Below, one piece after another: positions 17,924-24,000 of a stretch of 24,000 bases of DNA. A program made the translations under genes and the position numbers. How positions within the stretch are numbered: the first letter of the stretch is position 1; each line of letters starts with the position of its first letter. Origin of the DNA: Natrinema caseinilyticum (GTDB taxonomy: Archaea; Halobacteriota; Halobacteria; Halobacteriales; Natrialbaceae); contig NZ_CP100445.1 of NCBI RefSeq assembly GCF_024227435.1, forward strand, positions 1,213,369 to 1,237,368. Reading direction: 5' to 3'. The notes below the pieces were generated by a model. That model was not told where the DNA came from. It did no database searches and saw only the letters and a program-made list of their open reading frames with translations.

Positions 17924-18355
17924 ATGGCACGTGAGAAAGCGACAGTCAACCACGAGGACGACCCGTTTCCCGCCGAATCGAATCCACAGCAGACAAGACC
18001 GATCAGCACCGAAACGACGGCCACGGCGACCATCGCGGCGACGAGGCCGACGTCCCCTCCCGCCGGTTCGGACGGCGACGGCCAGAACACGCTGACTATC
18101 ATCGGTCAGGGAACGCCCTCGAGCTTCGAGCTGACAGTCGACGGCGAGATCGAACTGGCCGACGAGGACCGGGTCGAGGACGTGACCGTCCTCTCGGGGA
18201 CCACCGTCGAAGGGACGATCGAAACGGGCATGATAACGTTCCGATTCACCGGCGACCTGACGAACGTCACGTTCGTCGACCGTGGGATCACCGGCGACGA
18301 GCCCGCGACCACGCCGAACGTCCACGTCGACTACGCCGAGCCGGAGCGGGCGTAA
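17924..18355 (+). CDS. Haloarchaeal hypothetical protein with low-complexity Thr/Ala/Pro N-terminal half and beta-rich C-terminal domain
   Basis: MAREKATVNHEDDPFPAESNPQQTRPISTETTATATIAATRPTSPPAGSDGDGQNTLTIIGQGTPSSFELTVDGEIELADEDRVEDVTVLSGTTVEGTIETGMITFRFTGDLTNVTFVDRG... Confidence 0.75.
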   Translation: MAREKATVNHEDDPFPAESNPQQTRPISTETTATATIAATRPTSPPAGSDGDGQNTLTIIGQGTPSSFELTVDGEIELADEDRVEDVTVLSGTTVEGTIETGMITFRFTGDLTNVTFVDRGITGDEPATTPNVHVDYAEPERA

Positions 18356-18520
18356 TCGGTCGCGTTTCGATTTCCGTCGCGCGACGTCGTCGACACCGCT
18401 CGCGATGCGTCACCGGTCCACGACGCCTCGCTGGTTCGCGACGACCAATACAATCATGTGTCGTGACCACCTCGATCCGATAGCGACACAGACTCCCGAC
18501 CGGGAGCGAAGCGTATTCCC

Positions 18521-18832
18521 ATGGACGACCCCACTACTGACGACGAGGCCGAGGCCGACGCCGAACCGGAACCCGAAACCGACGCAGAGTGGATGGAGCC
18601 CGCAGACAGGCCGATCCTCGAGTTATTACACTCCGAAGAGGACATTTTCGAGCCGAACCAGATCGACGACGAGGGGCTCTGCCCCGCGAAGTACGCCGCC
18701 TATCGGTGTCGCGAGATGACCAAGTACGGGCTCCTCGAGAAAATCATGCCGGGCTTCTACGAGGTGAGCGACCTGGGAGAACGCTACCTCGCGGACGACC
18801 TCGACCCGAGCGACCTGGAACCCGACGGCTGA
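18521..18832 (+). CDS. PhiH1 repressor-like winged-helix protein
   Basis: ...EWMEPADRPILELLHSEEDIFEPNQIDDEGLCPAKYAAYRCREMTKYGLLEKIMPGFYEVSDLGERYLADDLDPSDLEPDG: W....D..ILE.L......P..I........Y...R...L...GLL......Y.ITD.G..YL.G pattern. Confidence 0.8.
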   Translation: MDDPTTDDEAEADAEPEPETDAEWMEPADRPILELLHSEEDIFEPNQIDDEGLCPAKYAAYRCREMTKYGLLEKIMPGFYEVSDLGERYLADDLDPSDLEPDG

Positions 18833-18837
18833 GGCGC

Positions 18838-21387
18838 TTACGAGATCGATGCTGGCGGGCGACGGTCGTCACCCGGGTCGGTCGCCTCGTCCGTCGACTC
18901 GATCGATCGACGACCGTCGCCGAGCAACGCGTCGATCACGTCGGTCGCCGCAGGCGCGTACAGCGGACGGTTATCGTTGCCACACCGCGGATCCATGAGG
19001 CAGGCGGGACAGCCCTCGTCGCGCCCGCACGGGCAGTCGGTCATCAGCTCGCGAGCCCGTCGAGCGACCGCCTCGTACTCCTCGTAGATGCGCCGCGAAA
19101 ATCCCAGGCCGCCCTCGACGCCGTCGTAGATGAACCACCCGCTCGTCTCGGACGCGTCGGGAAGCCGGTTCGTCGCGAGGCCGCCGAGGTCGGCCGCGTC
19201 GACGGTCAGCTCGAGGGGCGTCACGGCGATCATCGCGTGTTCGATGGCGTGAATTCCCCCGAGGTAGCCGTGGAGTCGCGGCGGCAGGTCCTCGCAGTCG
19301 TCGTTGTGGTAGTCGCTGTGTGCGGCCGTCACCGCGCGTTCGACGTCCGTCGGTACTTCGACCCAGCACATCTGCGTTCGCATCTCCAGCGGCGGGACGC
19401 CGGTCTCGAGGCCGACGGCCCGAACGTCGCCCGTGCCGATCTCCCGTTTCGTGAACGTGTCGTGGTGAACGGTGACCGTCCCGTACCCCCAGTTGAGCCG
19501 GAACGAACCGACGTCGCGAGAGTCGCGAACCTCGGTCTCGTAGATCGTCGTTCGACGCTGTGACTGGGTGTAGTAATCGACGTCGACCGGCTCGAGTTCG
19601 ACGACTGGCTGGGGTCGGTCCGCCCGCAGATCGACGACTTCGTACTGGTCGCCCCGATACAGAACCGTCGCACCCACGTGATAATCCCGATAGGCGCGTG
19701 CGCGTCCGATCGGCTGGTGATCGAACGAGTCGTCCCCGGCGAGTCGAACCTCGAACGCGTCGCCGCCCGACGCGTAGAGGCTGATTTCGCCCTGCGGCCG
19801 GTCGCGATGGGCGTACGTCACGCCGCCGTCGAGCGATCCCTCCAGGTCGCCCGTCCGTCGGCCGTACTCGACGGCCCGCTCGAGCCGATCGATGCCACCG
19901 AACCGGGGCGCGTCCTCGCGGCGCAGCGGCAGTTCCTGGGCGGCACAGCGCAGGTGCTGCAGATAGACGGGATTGTTCTCGAGATCGACGACCGCGCTCT
20001 CGGGGGCTTCCTCGAGGAGGGACTCCGGGTGACGCAAGACGTACTGATCGAGCGTCGCGTGACGGGGGACGAACACCGAGAGCGCCTCGCGCTCGTCGCG
20101 ACCCGATCGGCCGAGTCGCTGCCAGAACGACTGACGGGTGCCGGGATACCCGAGCAAGACGGTGCCGTCGATTCCCCCGACGTCGATGCCGACCTCGAGT
20201 GCGCTGGTCGTCGCGACGCCGTCGAGTCGGCCGGCTTTGAGCCCGGTCTCGGTATCGCGGCGGGATCGCTTCCCGTGGCCCGCGTTGTACGCCGCGAGTT
20301 CGGTCGCCCCCCGGTAGGGGAGTTCCGGGCGCTCGAGGAACTCCCGTGCCCGTCCGACGGCCAGTTCCGTCTGTTTGCGGGAATCACAGAACAGCAGCGA
20401 GGGAACGCCGCGAGAGCAGCAGTACGCCCAGACCTCGGGTGCCTCGACCGTCGCGGGTCGTTTGCTGGGGCTCCACCCGGCGGTGTCGGCATCGACGCCG
20501 GTCGCGCCGCCGTCATCCTTCGCCGGCGGATCCCAGAACACCATGTGGCGACGGCCGCTCGGCGAGCCGTCGTCGTCGATCACCGTCGCCGGTTCGCCGG
20601 TCAACGCGCGGGCGTGCTCCGACGGGTTACCGATCGTCGCGGTCGTCAGCACGTACTGGGGATCTCCGCCGTACCAGTCTATCACCCGCCGCGCTCGCCG
20701 GAGAATCCAGGCGGCGTGCATCCCGCTGATACCCGTCCACGCGTGGGCCTCGTCGATCACGACCAGCGAGCAGTTCGCGTGGAACGACGCCCAGCGGTGG
20801 TGACCCTCGAGATAGTGATTCAACCCCGCGAAGTTGGTGATGACGACGTTCGCCTCGTCGCGAATCCGCGCTTTGTCCTCGCGTTTCGTGTCGCCGTCGT
20901 ACACGCCGACGGTGACGTCCACCCCGAGCGACTCGAAGAGCGCGTTCAGTTCGCGTTCCTGGTCGCGGCTGAGCGCTTTCGTCGGGTAGACGAGAAGCGC
21001 GCGCACGTCGGGGTTCTCCCCGAACCGTCGTGCGAGGTGTAACCCGTAGACGTACGTCTTCCCCGAGGACGTCGACGTCGCGACGCAGACGTTCTCGCCG
21101 TCGGCCAGCGCCTCGAGTGCGGCCGCCTGGTGGCTCCAGAGGTCGACACCCAGCCTCGCCCCGAGTTCCGGCGGCAAGACCCGCTGAGCCGGCACGTGGC
21201 GGGCCGGTTCGGCCGGCAGCGAAATCTCCTCGTGAACCTGCCCGCGATAGCGATTCTGCGGATAGCTCTCACGGAGCTCCGCGCCGGTCATCGCGAGGCC
21301 GTCCGATGCTGTGGCGCGCGCTTCGGAGTTCGCGTTTGGCGTGCCGTCCTCCTCGATAGTCGAGTCCGCTGGGTCGTCTCCAGGCAT
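18838..21387 (-). CDS. DEAD/DEAH-box helicase with C-terminal cysteine-rich DUF1998-type domain (MrfA/YprA-like)
   Basis: Start MPGDDPADST at 21387; DLWSHQAAALEALADGENVCVATSTSSGKTYVYGL (motif I), LVVIDEAHAW (II), LTTATIGNP (III), VALEVGIDVGGIDGTVLLGYPGTRQSFWQRLGRSGR (V/VI; read as TTSALEVGIDVGG...), C-terminal CPCGRDEGCPACLMDPRCGN. Confidence 0.92.
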   Translation of the reverse strand: MPGDDPADSTIEEDGTPNANSEARATASDGLAMTGAELRESYPQNRYRGQVHEEISLPAEPARHVPAQRVLPPELGARLGVDLWSHQAAALEALADGENVCVATSTSSGKTYVYGLHLARRFGENPDVRALLVYPTKALSRDQERELNALFESLGVDVTVGVYDGDTKREDKARIRDEANVVITNFAGLNHYLEGHHRWASFHANCSLVVIDEAHAWTGISGMHAAWILRRARRVIDWYGGDPQYVLTTATIGNPSEHARALTGEPATVIDDDGSPSGRRHMVFWDPPAKDDGGATGVDADTAGWSPSKRPATVEAPEVWAYCCSRGVPSLLFCDSRKQTELAVGRAREFLERPELPYRGATELAAYNAGHGKRSRRDTETGLKAGRLDGVATTSALEVGIDVGGIDGTVLLGYPGTRQSFWQRLGRSGRDEREALSVFVPRHATLDQYVLRHPESLLEEAPESAVVDLENNPVYLQHLRCAAQELPLRREDAPRFGGIDRLERAVEYGRRTGDLEGSLDGGVTYAHRDRPQGEISLYASGGDAFEVRLAGDDSFDHQPIGRARAYRDYHVGATVLYRGDQYEVVDLRADRPQPVVELEPVDVDYYTQSQRRTTIYETEVRDSRDVGSFRLNWGYGTVTVHHDTFTKREIGTGDVRAVGLETGVPPLEMRTQMCWVEVPTDVERAVTAAHSDYHNDDCEDLPPRLHGYLGGIHAIEHAMIAVTPLELTVDAADLGGLATNRLPDASETSGWFIYDGVEGGLGFSRRIYEEYEAVARRARELMTDCPCGRDEGCPACLMDPRCGNDNRPLYAPAATDVIDALLGDGRRSIESTDEATDPGDDRRPPASIS

Positions 21388-21389
21388 GG

Positions 21390-22910
21390 TCAAAAGTCGG
21401 CGAGTCCCGTTTGCGTCGTTCCGTCGGCCGGCGACCGATTCCGTTCCGGTGACCGCGCAGTCCTCTCGAGCCGGGCGCTCGCGATGGCGTCGTAGATCGC
21501 CGCCAGTTCGCGGACGTCCGCCTCGCAGTACCCTCGCGCGGCGTCCCAGTCGATCTCCGACGCTCCCGCGGCCGCGTCCTCGTCCGGCTCGACGGTCGGG
21601 GTACCCGCCCCCTCGAGCAGCCGTCGTATTCGTTCGGCCAGCGTCTTGCCGTCGAGGGCAGCCGTCGTCCCCGACCGAGCACAGCCCAGGGCGTCGGCGA
21701 CGTCCTCGAGTCGGTTCGTTCGACCCGGCAGGACGGCGTTGTCCCGTCTCACCGCCCAGTCGTAGAGGTCGTACGTGGACACGTCCTCGTCCCAGTACTC
21801 GCGATAGTCGGGTGCGTAACGGGAGATGAACCGCTCGAGATGCTTGTAGTCGAACGCGTGACCGTTCCAGGCGACGAGCGAAGGGGAGTCGTACTCCGCG
21901 GCCAGCCACGAGACGAACTCGCGGGTCGCCGCACCCGGCTCGTCGCGGGTCGGCTCGGTGTCGACGAAGTCGACGTAGTCGTCGCAGTCGGGGTCGTAGA
22001 CGCCGATCAGCCAGAGTATCGTCGGCTGCAACCCGTCCGTCTCGATATCGACGAACAGCGGCGTCGATCCCTCGGGGGCCGGCGGAACCGGCTCGTCCGT
22101 GCGACGGACCACGCGCGACTCTGCGAGCGCACGCGCGCTGGACCCGATCTCTCGAGCCGTCGTCGCGCCGATTCCGTCGATCGATCGCAATTCCGCCGCC
22201 GTCGCCTCGGCGACGGCCGCCCGCGTGTCGTACCCGGTGGAGCGGAGCCGATCCGCAGTCGCGGGCCCGACGCCGGAAAGCGCTCGGAGGCCGAACCGGT
22301 CGGCCGGGACCGACGAGACCGCCACCGAACCCCGTCGATCGCAGGTGAGACAGGCGAGTTCGGCCGCACCGGATCGCCGTAACGGGGCGACACCCCGAAC
22401 CGGCAGCCTGACGGGGTCGCCCTCGACCGTCGCCTCCCAGACGTGATCGTAGCTCGCCTCGAGCGCGCCCGTGAGGAACGTCGTCGGGGCGCTCGACCGA
22501 GATTGGTAGCGGGCGACGGCGTCACGGCCGGAGAGGGTCGCGTCGAGCGAAACGGCGTTGGTCGTCGGCTCGAGGTCGTCGCAGACGACGAAATGGGCGT
22601 TCCACGGATCCCCAGCGGTGTCGACCTGCTCGTCGCTCAGGTCCCCGAGCAGCGACGGGGCGCTCGAGAACACGATCGAGACGCCGGCCACCGTTTCTGT
22701 TCGCATTTCAGCGGGGCCGGCGGCGGAGATGACCGGGCCGTCGAACGCTCGGCGAAGGCGGCTGACGACTCGAATATCCGACCGCTCGCGGACCACGTAG
22801 ACGAGGTCCGGATCGAAGTACTCGAGTGCGTCCTCGAGCGCGGCGGCCCCGAAATCGGCGACGGTGTCGCAACGAATTCCCAGTAGCTCGACACCGTCGC
22901 CCGCTGTCAT
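21390..22910 (-). CDS. Helix-hairpin-helix plus DEDD-type ribonuclease H-like exonuclease (MrfB-like)
   Basis: MTAGDGVELLGIRCDTVADFGAAALEDALEYFDPD...; HhH (LRALSGVGPATADRLRSTGYDTRAAVAEATAAELRSIDGIGATTAREI); exonuclease motifs TPLFVDIETDGLQPTILWLIGVYD (Exo I), LVAWNGHAFDYKHLERF (Exo II), ARGYCEADVRELAAIYDAI (Exo III). Its stop is 2 nt before the helicase ATG. Confidence 0.9.
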   Translation of the reverse strand: MTAGDGVELLGIRCDTVADFGAAALEDALEYFDPDLVYVVRERSDIRVVSRLRRAFDGPVISAAGPAEMRTETVAGVSIVFSSAPSLLGDLSDEQVDTAGDPWNAHFVVCDDLEPTTNAVSLDATLSGRDAVARYQSRSSAPTTFLTGALEASYDHVWEATVEGDPVRLPVRGVAPLRRSGAAELACLTCDRRGSVAVSSVPADRFGLRALSGVGPATADRLRSTGYDTRAAVAEATAAELRSIDGIGATTAREIGSSARALAESRVVRRTDEPVPPAPEGSTPLFVDIETDGLQPTILWLIGVYDPDCDDYVDFVDTEPTRDEPGAATREFVSWLAAEYDSPSLVAWNGHAFDYKHLERFISRYAPDYREYWDEDVSTYDLYDWAVRRDNAVLPGRTNRLEDVADALGCARSGTTAALDGKTLAERIRRLLEGAGTPTVEPDEDAAAGASEIDWDAARGYCEADVRELAAIYDAIASARLERTARSPERNRSPADGTTQTGLADF

Positions 22911-22932
22911 GGCGAAAGAATGCGTGCGAGCC

Positions 22933-22940
22933 GCTATAAG
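22933..22940 (-). promoter_or_regulatory. Putative TATA box of the exonuclease-helicase operon
   Basis: Minus strand CTTATAGC about 23-30 nt upstream of the ATG at 22910; spacing fits leaderless archaeal transcription. Confidence 0.45.
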
Positions 22941-22960
22941 CGTTCGTGGACTCGAACGAG

Positions 22961-23040
22961 GGCGAGTAGCGACGGAAAAGGGCGTGCAGCGATGAAAAAG
23001 GGCGAGTTGCGACGCAAAAGGGCGTGCGGCCACGGACGAG
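22961..23040. repeat. Four in-register 20-bp tandem repeats
   Basis: GGCGAGTAGCGACGGAAAAG / GGCGTGCAGCGATGAAAAAG / GGCGAGTTGCGACGCAAAAG / GGCGTGCGGCCACGGACGAG. Units 1 and 3 match 18/20; units 1 and 2 match 16/20; units 2 and 4 match 14/20. Confidence 0.85.
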
Positions 23041-23073
23041 AGCGAGCGTGACGGGCGAGAGCGAGCCGCTGCG

Positions 23074-23424
23074 TTATGCCGTCCCGACTGCGCGAGGGAC
23101 GTGTTCGGCCAGGAAATCCGTGATCGCATCGCCGCCCTGGAATCCGTCGGCCACTCGGGCGATCTCGTCCCCGTTCTCGAAGAGAATCAACGTCGGCACC
23201 GAGCGAACGTCGAACCGATCGACGAGCCCGATATCGTCACCGGGGTTGACCAGTCCGATCGCGACGTCGGTCGCGCGGGCGACGTTTCCAAGCACCGGTT
23301 CCATCGCCTGGCACATCGCACACCCGCTGGTATAGAACTCGACGAGTGCCACGTCGTGCGTCTCGAGGAAGGCGTCGACACCGTCGCCCGTCTCGAGTCG
23401 GGTCGGTTTGTCGGTCGGGACCAT
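23074..23424 (-). CDS. Thioredoxin-family protein, CAMC active site
   Basis: ATG at 23424; ...DAFLETHDVALVEFYTSGCAMCQAMEPVLGNVARATDVAIGLVNPGDDIGLVDRFDVRSVPTLILFENGDEIARVADGFQGGDAITDFLAEHV: thioredoxin fold motifs including cis-Pro SVPT. Confidence 0.92.
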   Translation of the reverse strand: MVPTDKPTRLETGDGVDAFLETHDVALVEFYTSGCAMCQAMEPVLGNVARATDVAIGLVNPGDDIGLVDRFDVRSVPTLILFENGDEIARVADGFQGGDAITDFLAEHVPRAVGTA

Positions 23425-23648
23425 ACCGATACGTACGGACCGCTCGCAAAAACCTGTGGCGGACTCGAGGACGGACGGACGGACGTTGCCGACGATCGAA
23501 CAGGCAGTGGGCGATCGACAGCCACCACCCGTGCGATTCATCGTCTCGGGACCGCCGACAGCGGCGTTCTGTCGTGACGTCGTCCGAATGGGTCGTGTGA
23601 ACGAACGACGATGGGTGACTTTACGGCTGGCAATCGTATCCCCGCGCG

Positions 23649-23990
23649 ATGACCCGGCCCGCATCCGACTCCGCGGACGGTGCGCCGACGCGTCGAAAAG
23701 CGACACTGTTCTGTTGGGAATGCGATCACACGAATCCCATCGACGGTGACTGGGTACTGCAGTCACGGCCGACGTTCGTCGCATACGTCTGTCCCGATTG
23801 CGAGACCACGCTCGGAAAGCGGCCACGGCGGAACCCGCCGAACCCGAGCGTCGCGGCTGTGAAACCGGTCGTCGCCTGGCGTGAGGGGGTTCGCGCGTCG
23901 GCAACCGTCTGGCGGGCCAGCGTGGACGCCGGCATCTCGAGTCTGGCCGCCCTGTTCGGGGCGTCCGGACGCACCTATAGTAGTCGTTGA
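23649..23990 (+). CDS. Small haloarchaeal zinc-ribbon protein
   Basis: MTRPASDSADGAPTRRKATLFCWECDHTNPIDGDWVLQSRPTFVAYVCPDCETTLGKRPRRN...: CWEC...CPDC motif and intact ORF. Confidence 0.75.
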   Translation: MTRPASDSADGAPTRRKATLFCWECDHTNPIDGDWVLQSRPTFVAYVCPDCETTLGKRPRRNPPNPSVAAVKPVVAWREGVRASATVWRASVDAGISSLAALFGASGRTYSSR

Positions 23991-24000
23991 AAGCCAGTTC

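Noticed and set aside
19678-21042. Plus-strand ORF of 454 aa opposite the helicase
   Set aside because: Helicase motifs are unambiguous on the minus strand; this is a shadow ORF despite its somewhat protein-like appearance.
22961-23040. Interpretation of the 20-bp repeats as a CRISPR array
   Set aside because: The units are directly contiguous without spacers and no cas genes are present; this is a tandem repeat.
23467-23485. Short GGAC repeat (acggacggacggacg)
   Set aside because: Too short to distinguish from chance in GC-rich DNA.
1-24000. tRNA/rRNA genes
   Set aside because: Visual scan found no convincing T-loop (GGTTCRAATC) or CCA-acceptor context and no rRNA-like segment; a tRNAscan-SE run would settle this.

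Overview
The window is haloarchaeal chromosomal DNA: high GC, acidic proteins, TATA-box/leaderless-type promoters. Main content on the minus strand: (1) the 5' part of a fumarylacetoacetate hydrolase family gene cut by the left edge; (2) a compact late-cobalamin/salvage cluster in transcription order HAD phosphatase - cbiB - cobS - cobY - archaeal cobT - cobD-like aminotransferase - cbiZ, with several overlapping start/stop codons; (3) translation initiation factor IF-2 beta with a C-terminal TRAM domain; (4) a DUF1998-type DEAD/DEAH helicase (MrfA-like) encoded directly downstream of a helix-hairpin-helix plus DEDD exonuclease protein (MrfB-like); (5) a thioredoxin. On the plus strand: a PGF-CTERM surface protein, a large HTH/PAS/GAF/Bat-type regulator, a small beta-rich orphan protein, a PhiH1-repressor-like winged helix protein, and small zinc-ribbon proteins. 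A decayed IS5-like element is bounded by 16/17-matching inverted repeats and a 7/8-matching target duplication (11222..12671). It has only the N-terminal part of a frameshifted transposase and about 0.9 kb of unrelated sequence. The two least explained signals are a four-copy, 20-bp tandem repeat just upstream of the predicted TATA box of the exonuclease-helicase operon, and the non-transposase interior of the IS-bounded segment. I found no CRISPR array, tRNA or rRNA. All family assignments come from reading motifs; no database search was run.
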